Assembly (NCBI GenBank): GCA_965238275.1
Contig: OZ250186.1
Coordinates: 864,001 to 928,000 of the forward strand
Origin: Nitrosopumilus sp.
Lineage (GTDB): Archaea > Thermoproteota > Nitrososphaeria > Nitrososphaerales > Nitrosopumilaceae
DNA: 64,000 nt
Reading direction: 5' to 3'
A program made the position numbers and the translations under genes. Shown here in pieces: positions 31,077 through 42,049 of this stretch. A model generated the notes under the pieces. It ran no database searches. It was not told the DNA's origin and saw only the letters and a program-made list of their open reading frames with translations. Position 1 is the first letter of the stretch; each line of letters begins with the position of its first letter.

Positions 31077-31614
31077 TCTTGCCTTTGTCTCATCAAACCA
31101 GAACAAGTACCGGGAGGCCCAGACGATACTGGAATCCCTTGGGGTAGGCATTGAATTTCTCAGGCATGATCTCCCAGAGATCCAGTCTGACTCCCTGGAG
31201 ATCATCGCCTCGGCCAAGGCCAGGGAGGCGTTTTCGGAGTTTGCAAGGCCCGTGCTGGTAGAGGATGCAGGGCTGTTCATAGACTCCCTGCAGGGATTCC
31301 CCGGGCCGTACTCCTCGTACGTGCTTGGAACCATCGGATGCAGGGGAATAATTAATCTGACCGGGCAGGACAGGGCGGCAAGGTTTGTCTCAGTCGTCGC
31401 ATACTGTGACGGAGATGCCCTAAAGTCGTTTGAAGGCAGGATATGCGGTACCATATCCGAGTTCGCTAGGGGAGCCGGCTGGGGGTACGACCCTGTCTTC
31501 ATACCTGATGGATCAGAACAGACGTTTGCCGAGATGGATGTCAAGGACGAAATATCCCACAGGCATCGCTCCCTGGAGGTCTTTTCTAGGTGGTATCTGA
31601 ATAGGCGCGTATAA
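31069..31614 (+). CDS. rdgB: Non-canonical purine NTP pyrophosphatase (Ham1/RdgB)
   Basis: SSNQNKYRE, EDAGLFI..L.GFPGPYS, GWGYDPVF, KDEISHR. Confidence 0.92.
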   Translation: MSDLAFVSSNQNKYREAQTILESLGVGIEFLRHDLPEIQSDSLEIIASAKAREAFSEFARPVLVEDAGLFIDSLQGFPGPYSSYVLGTIGCRGIINLTGQDRAARFVSVVAYCDGDALKSFEGRICGTISEFARGAGWGYDPVFIPDGSEQTFAEMDVKDEISHRHRSLEVFSRWYLNRRV

Positions 31615-32586
31615 ACCGGTCAATGGGACGGCTGCTGTTCTGCAGGACGGATATTCTTGAGACATAGCTTTCGTCCATAACTGAAAAGATCCCGCTCTGC
31701 TCTGCAGCCGTGTTGCTGAAATCCCTGACCTCCTGCATGTCCAGCATGTCTGAATGCTCCAGCCTGTTTGTAGAACGGCCTATGTGCATGTATGATTTTA
31801 TCTCTATGAAATGGGGGCTTGATCGCCTGAACATCTCTGCAAACGGCTTGATCATGTCCTGGTGATCGTTATATCCGCGGATCAGCGTAACCCTCAGGAC
31901 GGTCCTGGTATCAAGGTGCCTTAGCATGTCAAGGGTTCTGTTCCATCTCTCCCACGAGTCGTCATACCTTGGCTTGTTTATCCTGATGAAAGAGTCATAG
32001 TCTGCTGCATTTGTAGACAGGTAGAGCTGTGTAGGCAGTGCGTCCTCGTCCTGCAGCCTTTGAATCATCTCTGGCTCCTGGCCGTTGGTTACAAGAAAGA
32101 CTGACTTTGTAGCCTCCTGAGATACCTGATACATGGTGTGGGCTCCCCTGAAAGCGAGATGGCATAGTGGCTGGGCAGGAGCGACTCGTCAAGCCTCTGT
32201 TTGTCGTTTCTGGAATCCCCATAGTATCCGTTGATAAGCCTCTTCCTCTCGGCCATCAGTTTTGTCAGTATCTCCTCAGGCGGTGCCACCTGTTCGGGGT
32301 TCATCTCCATGGAGTCATAAAACTCCATGGGCCTCCAGCAGTAGACACAGCGGTTCTCACAGTGCATCCCTGCAGGGGAAAACTCCATACACCTGTGCGT
32401 GGAGATTCCATAGAACTTGTGCTTGTAGCAGTTGCCCTCGTGCTTGAATGACTTTTTTGTCCAGTGGCACAGCCCCACTGTGGAGTGGTCTGCCACGCCG
32501 TACTTTGCCTTTTTTAGCTGCGCAGATATCGCAGGCCTGATCTGAATCAGCCCGTCTTCTGTAACAGTCTCTCCAGAGCAGCTCAT
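31586..32586 (-). pseudogene. taw1: 4-demethylwyosine synthase TYW1/Taw1 (frameshifted near 32115-32140)
   Basis: CHWT, CYKHKFYGI.THRC, CENRCVYCWR and SLSGEPT in one frame; FLVTNG, PTQLYLS and FIEIKSYMH in another. Confidence 0.85.
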
Positions 32587-32855
32587 CGTCCCCGTTCTCT
32601 GTATCGGTTTACTTAAATTGATCGGGATCTTGCCTGCATGCATCTGCCTGCAAACTACATCCTGCCTGGAGGTGCCATGCATGACTACGCTGCATCTGAC
32701 AGTGTCATGCCGGCTCCGGACTGGTGGAGCCCAACCGATCTGCTGCTGTTTATTCCTGCATGGCATGGATAATGACGTCTGATTTTGTGCCTGAATCCAA
32801 TCCGGGATCGGTCTTACAGTGAGGTTTAATTACTGGATCCTAGAAACCTTTTGTA

Positions 32856-35291
32856 TTGGTAAAAATAAACAATGTTTCATTTCTACTATTACTTATTGCA
32901 GTATTGACCAGCATGCCGTTCAGCCCGATCTTTGCCGATGATGATCTGGATAATGACGGAATACCTGACGTAGTGGATCTGTGTCCAAACCTGCAGGAGG
33001 ATTACGAGGGTGCAGAGGACGGCTGCCCGTCCAACTTTGTTCCATGGTATGATGAGGACTATGACGCAATAGAGGATCATAACGACGCGTGTCCCAGCGC
33101 CAGGGAGAACTATAACGGATATGAAGATGAGGACGGATGTCCTGACATTCCTCCAGTGACTACAGGCAGCAACATAGCCGATTCTGATAATGACGGCTTT
33201 GCAGACCTAAATGATCTGTGCCCAAACCAGCCTGAGACATTCAACGGGGTGGATGACCGGGACGGCTGTCCTGACTCGTTTAGCAGCGGTGATCGCGACC
33301 GGGACGGCGTTAACGATCTACTGGATCAGTGCCCGCTGAGTGCAGAAAACTACAACAGGTTCCAGGATGCAGACGGATGCCCTGACTCTACCACTGACAC
33401 CGCCTTTGCTGATACTGATAACGACGGAATCGAGGATCGCTTGGACCTGTGCCCTGAAGAACCGGAGGTGTATAACGGCTATCGCGATGTGGACGGATGT
33501 GCCGACGTGGTACGCGAAGTATCTGCTGCTGATGCTGACGGTGACGGCATTGCCGACCAGTTTGACGACTGTCCTTTAAACCCCGAGACTGTCAACAGGT
33601 TTGCCGACTATGACGGATGCCCCGACTCTGTTCCCCATTTCATAGGCTCCCCTGACGATGCAGACGGCGATCAGATACCTGATGATATAGACCAGTGCCT
33701 GAACGCACCTGAAAGATACAACCATTTCATGGATGATGACGGCTGTCCTGACATACCGCCATACTCCTCATCACAGGATTCTGACTTTGACGGAATCATC
33801 AACAGCCTTGACCAGTGTCCGGAGGATGCAGAAACCTACAACAGGTTCCAGGATGCAGACGGATGCCCTGACTCCCAATCAGACACCAGAGGAATTCCTG
33901 ACTCTGACGGGGACGGGATAAATGATTACGTGGATCTGTGTCCCAGCCAGCCTGAGACATTCAACGGCCTGTTTGATATAGACGGCTGCCCTGACTCGTT
34001 TAGAAGCGGTGATCGTGACCGGGACGGCGTTCCTGACGATCTGGATGCGTGTCCATTTGTCCAGGAGATATGGAACAGCTTTCAGGATACGGACGGATGC
34101 CCTGATAGCACATCCGGATTTTTGGCACTTGACTATGACGGGGACGGCATCGTAGACCTTAAGGACAGCTGTCCGCTGCAGTCAGAAGTATTCAACGGGT
34201 ATCAGGATGCCGACGGATGCCCTGATGAAGAGGTGCCAGACTCTGACGGCGACGGAGTCCGGGACTCGCAGGATCGGTGCCCTGACACAGCCGAGACATG
34301 GAACCGATACCTGGACAATGACGGCTGTCCGGATGACCCCGTAGTGTCTGACTCTGATTATGATGGAATCTTGGACGAGATAGATCAGTGCCCGCTGGCT
34401 AGGGAGAGATATAATGGATTTGAAGATGACGACGGCTGCCCCGACCAGATTGAGATCACCCTGGTAGCTGATCTGGACTTTGACGGAATCTCAGATGATG
34501 TGGACCAATGCCCACTGGTTCCAGAGATATACAACAGATTCAATGATGACGACGGCTGTCCAGACTACATAGCAGACTTTTCTCCAATACCAGACTCTGA
34601 CGGCGACGGACTCAACGACTACGTGGATCACTGTCCAAACCAGCCTGAGACGTTCAACGGCATCCTTGACAGGGACGGCTGTCCTGACGATCTCAACACG
34701 CTGATTGACCGGGACCATGATGGAATCTATGACGGAATCGACGCATGCCCAACCTCGCCTGAGACGTGGAACCGCTATCAGGATGCTGACGGCTGTCCAG
34801 ACTTTATAGTCGAGTCCATGACTGTCGACTCTGATAACGATGGAATTTATGATGCAGACGATGCCTGCCCACTGGTTGCAGAGAACTTCAACGGGTATGA
34901 GGACGCCGACGGCTGTCCTGACGTGGACGACACCCAGGTTGATACTGACGGCGACGGGGTTGCAGACGTGATGGATCGGTGTCCTGACACGGCAGAGATC
35001 TGGAATAGGTATCTAGACTATGACGGATGTCCTGATGCGCTGCCTGTATTCGAGCGCACTCTTGACAGCGACAACGACGGTCTTCCTGATGATGTAGACC
35101 TGTGTCCCGGCCTTGCAGAGAACTGGAACAAGTACAACGACGATGACGGGTGTCCTGACATCGTTCCCGAGCAGTCCCGCTACAAGCATGATCATGATCT
35201 AGACAACATTATAAACGAGCATGATGCGTGTCCTTTCGAACCTGAAGACTATGATGGTAATTTTGATAGCGACGGCTGTCCTGATGAATAG
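32856..35291 (+). CDS. Secreted thrombospondin type-3 repeat (Ca-binding) protein 1
   Basis: Signal peptide, then roughly 20 repeats of DxDxDGxxDxxDxCPxxxExYNxxxDxDGCPD. Confidence 0.9.
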   Translation: MVKINNVSFLLLLIAVLTSMPFSPIFADDDLDNDGIPDVVDLCPNLQEDYEGAEDGCPSNFVPWYDEDYDAIEDHNDACPSARENYNGYEDEDGCPDIPPVTTGSNIADSDNDGFADLNDLCPNQPETFNGVDDRDGCPDSFSSGDRDRDGVNDLLDQCPLSAENYNRFQDADGCPDSTTDTAFADTDNDGIEDRLDLCPEEPEVYNGYRDVDGCADVVREVSAADADGDGIADQFDDCPLNPETVNRFADYDGCPDSVPHFIGSPDDADGDQIPDDIDQCLNAPERYNHFMDDDGCPDIPPYSSSQDSDFDGIINSLDQCPEDAETYNRFQDADGCPDSQSDTRGIPDSDGDGINDYVDLCPSQPETFNGLFDIDGCPDSFRSGDRDRDGVPDDLDACPFVQEIWNSFQDTDGCPDSTSGFLALDYDGDGIVDLKDSCPLQSEVFNGYQDADGCPDEEVPDSDGDGVRDSQDRCPDTAETWNRYLDNDGCPDDPVVSDSDYDGILDEIDQCPLARERYNGFEDDDGCPDQIEITLVADLDFDGISDDVDQCPLVPEIYNRFNDDDGCPDYIADFSPIPDSDGDGLNDYVDHCPNQPETFNGILDRDGCPDDLNTLIDRDHDGIYDGIDACPTSPETWNRYQDADGCPDFIVESMTVDSDNDGIYDADDACPLVAENFNGYEDADGCPDVDDTQVDTDGDGVADVMDRCPDTAEIWNRYLDYDGCPDALPVFERTLDSDNDGLPDDVDLCPGLAENWNKYNDDDGCPDIVPEQSRYKHDHDLDNIINEHDACPFEPEDYDGNFDSDGCPDE

Positions 35292-35303
35292 GAGCCTGTT
35301 GGC

Positions 35304-37475
35304 ATGAAAGGAATGCATCATCTAGGGTTTCTACTCTTGTTTGTATCCGCAGCTGGAATGCTTTCTGGTGCCCATGCAGTTGACAACGACTTTGATGATG
35401 ACGGCGTTCCCAACTCCGTTGACCTGTGTCCCAATCTCCAGGAGGACTATGATCCACAGTATGCCGAGAACATAGACGGCTGTCCTGCAGACTTTGTCCC
35501 ATGGTATGATGCTGACTTTGACGGGATACAGGATCACATTGATGACTGTCCCACTACAAAGGAGACTTACAACCGGGTTGCAGACGATGACGGGTGTCCT
35601 GATCTGATCGGCGTTACAGACGTCCCGATTCCGGACTCTGACGGCGACGGCTATCCGGACTATCTGGACCTGTGCCCAACATTGCCTGAGACCTTCAACG
35701 GTATTGATGACAGGGACGGATGCCCTGACGACGACACGTCCCTGGATGACACAGACTCTGACGGACTCTCTGACCTCGCAGACGGCTGTCCTACCGAGCC
35801 TGAGACTTACAACAGGTTCATGGATGCTGACGGCTGTCCTGATACAGTAGCAGCAGCAGATCCCCTTACAAGTTATGCATTCCCGGATTCTGACGGCGAC
35901 GGGATGGACGACAGGTGGGACTCCTGTGTAAACGAGCCTGAAAACTACAACGGCTATCTTGACTGGGACGGCTGCCCTGACTCCCCTGGTGCCGAATCCT
36001 TTGCGATACCTGATGCCGACTCTGACAGTATTCCTGATTACCTTGATGCCTGTCCTCTGGAGCGGGAGAACTTTAACAGGTTCCAAGATGAGGACGGCTG
36101 CCCCGACAAGCTGGTATTTACAGTTGTCGGCGATGCTGATGGTGACGGCATTCTGGATCCTGACGACTCCTGTCCGTTCCAGCCGGAGATATACAACAGG
36201 ATTGCAGACGAGGACGGCTGTCCTGATGCAGTTGCATACGACATGACTGCCAGCGACTCTGACGGCGACGGATTCATAGATCAGATCGACAGGTGTCCTT
36301 TGGACCCTGAGACCTTCAACGGCATTGATGATACTGACGGCTGCCCTGACGACGTATCGGATCATGCCGATACTGACAATGATGGAATTTCTGACGGGAC
36401 AGACGCATGTCCAATGGAACCTGAGGTATACAACAGGTTCCAGGATGCAGACGGATGTCCTGATTCAGTGGATGTCGTACTGTCCGTGTTTACCTTCCCG
36501 GATTCTGACGGCGACGGGATAGATGACAGGTGGGATTCCTGTGTAAACGAGCCTGAAAACTACAACGACTATCTTGACTGGGACGGCTGCCCTGACGTTC
36601 CAGGAACTGCATACATGATCACAACGGATGCTGACTCTGACGGGGTGCCGGATCTTATAGACGAGTGTCCTGATTTGGCCGAACGATACAACGGATTCCA
36701 AGATGATGACGGCTGTCCTGACAGCGTAGCGTACGTGACTGTAATCGACTCTGACAGCGACGGAATATATGATGATGTGGACCAATGCCCAGGCATCCCA
36801 GAGAACTACAACCGGTTCATGGATGAGGACGGCTGCCCCGACCACATAACCGACCACCGGGCTGCTGCTGACTCTGACGGCGACGGACTGATTGACACGC
36901 TGGACCTGTGCCCCACCCAGCCTGAGACATACAATGGCCTGGAAGACTGGGACGGCTGTCCTGACAGTACGCGGTCATTCTCTGATGTTGATCGGGACGG
37001 AATTTCTGATGATCTAGATGCCTGTCCTCTTATGCCCGAGACTTGGAACAGGTTCCAGGATGCAGACGGATGTCCTGATTCAGTGGATGTCGTACTGTCC
37101 GTGTTTACCTTCCCTGATTCTGACGGCGACGGGATGGACGACAGGTGGGATTCCTGTGTAAACGAGCCTGAAAACTACAACGACTATCTTGACTGGGACG
37201 GCTGCCCTGACGTTCCTGGTGCAGAATCAGTTGCAGTCACAGTACTTGATTCAGACTCTGACGGATACCCTGACAGTATTGACGGCTGTCCTACAAGTCC
37301 TGAGACCTGGAACAAGTACCTGGATTACGACGGCTGCCCTGACGCGGCTCCAGAACAGCAGAGGTTCGTCCATGACACTGATCTTGATGGCATCATAAAT
37401 GACGCGGACATATGCCCAATGGAGCGGGAGGATTATGATGGCTATATGGATGAAGACGGCTGTTATGACCCATAG
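35304..37475 (+). CDS. Secreted thrombospondin type-3 repeat protein 2
   Basis: Signal peptide; same repeat. Confidence 0.9.
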   Translation: MKGMHHLGFLLLFVSAAGMLSGAHAVDNDFDDDGVPNSVDLCPNLQEDYDPQYAENIDGCPADFVPWYDADFDGIQDHIDDCPTTKETYNRVADDDGCPDLIGVTDVPIPDSDGDGYPDYLDLCPTLPETFNGIDDRDGCPDDDTSLDDTDSDGLSDLADGCPTEPETYNRFMDADGCPDTVAAADPLTSYAFPDSDGDGMDDRWDSCVNEPENYNGYLDWDGCPDSPGAESFAIPDADSDSIPDYLDACPLERENFNRFQDEDGCPDKLVFTVVGDADGDGILDPDDSCPFQPEIYNRIADEDGCPDAVAYDMTASDSDGDGFIDQIDRCPLDPETFNGIDDTDGCPDDVSDHADTDNDGISDGTDACPMEPEVYNRFQDADGCPDSVDVVLSVFTFPDSDGDGIDDRWDSCVNEPENYNDYLDWDGCPDVPGTAYMITTDADSDGVPDLIDECPDLAERYNGFQDDDGCPDSVAYVTVIDSDSDGIYDDVDQCPGIPENYNRFMDEDGCPDHITDHRAAADSDGDGLIDTLDLCPTQPETYNGLEDWDGCPDSTRSFSDVDRDGISDDLDACPLMPETWNRFQDADGCPDSVDVVLSVFTFPDSDGDGMDDRWDSCVNEPENYNDYLDWDGCPDVPGAESVAVTVLDSDSDGYPDSIDGCPTSPETWNKYLDYDGCPDAAPEQQRFVHDTDLDGIINDADICPMEREDYDGYMDEDGCYDP

Positions 37476-37763
37476 TGCATCATCCCATCACACTGTCCAA
37501 TGATTCATTTTCCTGCATCAGTCTCTATGGTATGGCATACAGCCTCCTACAGAATCGCTCATGAATCCGGGAACCTCTTTTGCCGGTATGGCAGTCCCGT
37601 GTGTATGGCTCTTAACTTCATGGAATGCAGATATCCTGACAGCTACAAGCCCCTCCATTAGGTATGTGATGTGCCGCTTACCGTGATATTTTTGGCACGA
37701 TCACAAAATGGACTCCCATTAGTGAAACTTAATAGATACTAAAATCTATCTGAGATTGCAAAG

Positions 37764-39947
37764 ATGAACCGATATTGTATTATGGGATTCATGATCCTGC
37801 TTGTGTTGACTATAGGAATGCCTCTTGATGTGCATGCCGCAGATGCAGATTCTGACGGTGACGGCGTACCAAACCCCGTAGACCTGTGCCCAAATCTCCA
37901 GGAGGATTATGATCCGCAGTATGGTGAGAATATTGACGGATGTCCTGCTGACTTTGTCCCATGGTATGATGCTGACTTTGACGGGATACAGGATCACATT
38001 GATGACTGTCCCACTACAAAGGAGAATTACAACCGGGTTGCAGACGAGGACGGCTGTCCTGATCTGATTGGTATTGCCGGCATCTCGATTCCGGACTCTG
38101 ACGGTGACGGCTATCCAGATTATCGGGATCTGTGCCCCTCGCTGCCTGAGACATTCAACGGCCTTGATGATACTGACGGCTGTCCTGACGATGATGTAAA
38201 CCTGACTGATACTGACTCTGACGGACTTTCTGATAATTCAGACTCGTGTCCCACAGAACCTGAGACATACAACCGATTCCAGGATGACGACGGCTGTCCT
38301 GATACAGTAGCAGCAGCAGATCCCCTTGCAAGTTATGCATTCCCTGACGCTGATGCCGACGGGGTAGACGACCGGCGGGATGCATGCCTGAACGAGCCTG
38401 AAAACTACAACGACTATCTTGACTGGGACGGCTGCCACGATGTTCCGGGAATCTCCACCCCATTGCCTGCCGATTCTGATTCTGACCATATCTTAGACAC
38501 GGATGATGCATGCCCGCTGGAACGGGAGGTCTATAACGGATTCCAGGATGACGACGGCTGTCCCGATGCGGTTCTCCTGCATGTTGTTCGTGATCTTGAC
38601 CGTGACGGCGTCTCAGACATCTTTGACCAGTGCCCCCACCTCCCCGAGACCTACAACAGGATTGCAGACGAGGACGGCTGTCCTGACAGTGTAGTGGTGC
38701 ACCGGCTGGCGACAGACTCGGACGGGGACGGCATCATAGATCGCATGGACTATTGCCCAAACCAGCCTGAGACCTACAACGGCTTCTTGGACTCTGACGG
38801 CTGTCCTGACGAATTCAGTCCGACAGCCGACTTGGACCGTGACGGCGTCATAGACGGGCTTGACCAGTGTCCGCTGGAGCCTGAGACCTACAACCTGTTC
38901 CAGGACTCTGACGGCTGTCCTGATGCAGTAGTAGCAGCAGATCCCCTTGCAAGTTATGCATTCCCTGACGCTGATGCCGACGGGGTAGACGACCGGCGGG
39001 ATGCATGCCTGAACGAGCCTGAAAACTACAACAATTATCTGGATCACGACGGATGCCCTGATGTCTCCGGAATCTCAACCCCTCCGCCTTCCGACTCGGA
39101 CGGGGACGGCATTCCCGATGTCGATGATCTATGTCCAACAATAAGAGAACGATACAACGGATTAATGGATGAGGACGGATGCCCTGATGTATTGGCATAC
39201 AGTTCCACAGGTGATACTGATCGTGACGGGATAAACAACGATGTTGACCAGTGTCCAAACTCCAAAGAGACCTACAACAGGATTGCAGACGAGGACGGAT
39301 GTCCTGATGCCGTTGTAGCCGGTTTGGCGGTGGCCGATTCAGACGGGGACGGCATCATAGATCGCATGGACTATTGCCCAACCCAGCCTGAGACCTACAA
39401 CGGCTTCTTGGACTCTGACGGCTGTCCTGACGAATTCAGTCCGACAGCCGACTCGGACCGTGACGGCGTCCTAGACGGGCTTGACCAGTGTCCGCTGGAG
39501 CCTGAGACCTACAACCTGTTCCTGGACTCTGACGGCTGTCCCGATACGGTTGTAATCGATCCTGGTACCGGTTATGCATTCCCTGACACTGACGCTGACG
39601 GGATAGACGACCGGTGGGATGCATGTCCGAACATTCCTGAAAACTATAACGACTATCTTGATCACGACGGATGTCCTGACGTTCCCGGCGCAGAATCCAC
39701 CCCACCTACAAGCTTGGACTCTGATAATGACGGATATCATGACAGCGTAGATGCATGCCCGACAAACCCTGAAACTTGGAACAAGTACAACGATCACGAC
39801 GGATGTCCTGACACGGCTCCAGAACAGCAGAGGTTTGTCCATGATACTGATCTTGACGGCATCATAAACTCCGAGGATCTGTGTCCTCTGGATCCGGAGA
39901 ACTATAACGGCTTCGAGGATGACGACGGCTGTCCGGATTCTTCATGA
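37764..39947 (+). CDS. Secreted thrombospondin type-3 repeat protein 3
   Basis: Signal peptide; same repeat. Confidence 0.9.
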   Translation: MNRYCIMGFMILLVLTIGMPLDVHAADADSDGDGVPNPVDLCPNLQEDYDPQYGENIDGCPADFVPWYDADFDGIQDHIDDCPTTKENYNRVADEDGCPDLIGIAGISIPDSDGDGYPDYRDLCPSLPETFNGLDDTDGCPDDDVNLTDTDSDGLSDNSDSCPTEPETYNRFQDDDGCPDTVAAADPLASYAFPDADADGVDDRRDACLNEPENYNDYLDWDGCHDVPGISTPLPADSDSDHILDTDDACPLEREVYNGFQDDDGCPDAVLLHVVRDLDRDGVSDIFDQCPHLPETYNRIADEDGCPDSVVVHRLATDSDGDGIIDRMDYCPNQPETYNGFLDSDGCPDEFSPTADLDRDGVIDGLDQCPLEPETYNLFQDSDGCPDAVVAADPLASYAFPDADADGVDDRRDACLNEPENYNNYLDHDGCPDVSGISTPPPSDSDGDGIPDVDDLCPTIRERYNGLMDEDGCPDVLAYSSTGDTDRDGINNDVDQCPNSKETYNRIADEDGCPDAVVAGLAVADSDGDGIIDRMDYCPTQPETYNGFLDSDGCPDEFSPTADSDRDGVLDGLDQCPLEPETYNLFLDSDGCPDTVVIDPGTGYAFPDTDADGIDDRWDACPNIPENYNDYLDHDGCPDVPGAESTPPTSLDSDNDGYHDSVDACPTNPETWNKYNDHDGCPDTAPEQQRFVHDTDLDGIINSEDLCPLDPENYNGFEDDDGCPDSS

Positions 39948-39999
39948 GAGCGTCACACTACCGGACATGATAGATATACCCGAACCATAAAACCATACA

Positions 40000-40965
40000 A
40001 TGCTTCCAAAATTTTCAAGCAGGGCATTCCTGGCCCCGATGGCAGGCGTGTCTGATCCGGCACTCAGGCTGCAGTGTAAGATGATGGGAGCCGGCCTTGT
40101 TGTGACTGAGTTTACCAACATTCACAGCATAGTGGCCAAGGCAGAGCAGCTCAGGGCACAGCTGAAGACGATTCAGGAGTTTATCCGGTTCTCCGAGGAG
40201 GAGAGGCCTCTCTCAGTCCAGCTGTTCGGATCCGATCTTGCAGTGCTGGAGAAGGCTGCCAAGATAGTAGAGCCATTCTTTGACATGATAGACTACAACA
40301 TGGGATGTCCTGCGCCGCACATTACAAGGCAGATGGCAGGCGGTGCCCTGCTGCAGCATGCGGATGTGACCCGGAAGATTCTTGCCACCCTTGTCGGTGC
40401 AGTAAGAAAGCCTGTCACCATCAAGATCCGTTCTGGAACCACCGATGCTGACCGGTACCTGTTCCGGGAGATTGCAGGTATCGCCGAAGATGAGGGGATT
40501 CAGATGATTACGCTTCATCCAAGAACGGTCAGTCAGGGCTACTCTGGAAGTGCAGACTGGAATATGATAAGGGATCTCAAGGAGACTGCCGGGGTTCCAA
40601 TCGTCGGTAATGGCGACATTGCGACCCCTGAGGACGCCCGGGCGATGCTTGATGATACCGGTTGCGACTATGTGATGATCGGCCGCGGCGCCATGGGAAA
40701 CCCATTCCTGTTTGAACAGATCAACGACTATCTGAAGACAGGCTCATACCACGAGTACCTGCTTGAAGACAGACTGGATGCATTCTTTGAGTATCTGCAC
40801 ATGACTGCCGGATATGGAATCCGATTTGCAAACATCAAGGGCCAGGCAATGCGGTTTACGCGGGGGATGCAGAGGGGCTCCAGACTGCGCCCCCGGATTA
40901 CCCTCTCTGAGGATATAGACCAGCTTGAAAGAGTCATGCATGATGCATATACATCCTGCAACTGA
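40000..40965 (+). CDS. dus: tRNA-dihydrouridine synthase (DusB-like)
   Basis: LAPMAGVSD, QLFGSD, NMGCPA, KIRSG, LHPRT, GNGDI, MIGRGAMGNP. Confidence 0.92.
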   Translation: MLPKFSSRAFLAPMAGVSDPALRLQCKMMGAGLVVTEFTNIHSIVAKAEQLRAQLKTIQEFIRFSEEERPLSVQLFGSDLAVLEKAAKIVEPFFDMIDYNMGCPAPHITRQMAGGALLQHADVTRKILATLVGAVRKPVTIKIRSGTTDADRYLFREIAGIAEDEGIQMITLHPRTVSQGYSGSADWNMIRDLKETAGVPIVGNGDIATPEDARAMLDDTGCDYVMIGRGAMGNPFLFEQINDYLKTGSYHEYLLEDRLDAFFEYLHMTAGYGIRFANIKGQAMRFTRGMQRGSRLRPRITLSEDIDQLERVMHDAYTSCN

Positions 40966-41191
40966 CCGGCGGCATGCACAACGTACCCCTCTTGGCATGG
41001 TGCCTGTACGGCATTGCTCCAAACCAATTCCTTCCAGCCGGCTGCCAAAATTGCACTGTCCTGGCATGACTTAGGCCTGTCACAAGTCAGGCATGCCTGT
41101 CAGAAGGATCCGCCTTGGCAGGTTCCCGCTTTGATTATTCTTATATATCTGAAGCCGGTCTTTTATGTATGAGCATGGGAGTTGTGTCCTA

Positions 41192-41431
41192 ATGGCTACT
41201 GCGTATGTACTCATAAACTGTGAGCTGGGTTCGGAGGAGTCTGTAATATCAGAACTCAAGTCCATTGACGCCGTCATTGAGGTTCACGGTACATTCGGCG
41301 CATATGACATACTGGCCAAGGTGGCATCAGATCAGGTTGAGGCGCTACGTGAGACCATCACATGGAAGATTCGAAAGATACCAAAAATAAGATCGACTCT
41401 GACGTTGATGGGTATTGAGGGACAGCAATAG
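41192..41431 (+). CDS. Lrp/AsnC ligand-binding domain protein
   Basis: AYVLINCELG, FGAYDILAKV, IRSTLTL. Confidence 0.88.
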   Translation: MATAYVLINCELGSEESVISELKSIDAVIEVHGTFGAYDILAKVASDQVEALRETITWKIRKIPKIRSTLTLMGIEGQQ

Positions 41432-41470
41432 GTCTCTCCACCCTTTTGTCTTCATGTGTTGAACTTTGGG

Positions 41471-41818
41471 TTAGAGCGCCTCAGAATTTTTCTTTTTGCT
41501 TGCAATATTGAACACGTCCTGTACATCTGAGACTGTGATGATGCCGTCACCTGACTTTCCGGTAAATACTGCATCCGAAATGGCCGTGGTAACCCTTTCC
41601 ACATCTTTCTCATCTACAATGGTTCTGATGGTTTCAACCTTGTTGAATTCTGCTATGAATGTGCCTGTGCCTCTGCCTGCCCTTATCGTCTGTCTCTCCG
41701 AGGATCCTCTTCCGCTTCCTTCCAGAATGGTAAATCCCCCCACAATGTCCTTGATGGCATCTGAGACGTGACCTGCCTTGTCGGCATTTACTGTAGCTTC
41801 TAATAGCTTCATAGCCAC
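41471..41818 (-). CDS. glnB: P-II family nitrogen regulator
   Basis: GFTI..GSGRG T-loop, TGKSGDGII. Confidence 0.85.
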   Translation of the reverse strand: MAMKLLEATVNADKAGHVSDAIKDIVGGFTILEGSGRGSSERQTIRAGRGTGTFIAEFNKVETIRTIVDEKDVERVTTAISDAVFTGKSGDGIITVSDVQDVFNIASKKKNSEAL

Positions 41819-42049
41819 AGATACCCAGGGATCATTTAAAAAACATTCCTGTAGGATTCTCCTGCAGAATCAGTCGATGGCCACAATGACTGACCCGGAC
41901 ATGTCTGCTACCTGAGAATCATGTTTTGGGCGGATTTGTCTGCAATCCTCTTGATGGATATGGATGGCGGACTGGAATTCTGTGACATGCCCGTGTCCCG
42001 ACATTTCATGCCCACCCCGTCAAGATATTCATAAATATTCATTTAACGA

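Noticed and set aside
27767-31544. Long antisense ORFs (27767-28924, 30465-31544 and similar elsewhere)
   Set aside because: Shadow frames of well-supported genes in GC-rich DNA.
32089-32160. Programmed frameshift in taw1
   Set aside because: No slippery heptamer, and conserved residues appear to be missing, which fits deletion better.
36430-39545. Diversity-generating retroelement template/variable repeats
   Set aside because: No reverse transcriptase in the window, and the differences are not adenine-specific.
32856-39947. CRISPR-like periodic repeats (GACGGCTGTCCTGA)
   Set aside because: The repeats are in-frame coding (DGCPD) with synonymous variation inside long ORFs, and no cas genes are present.
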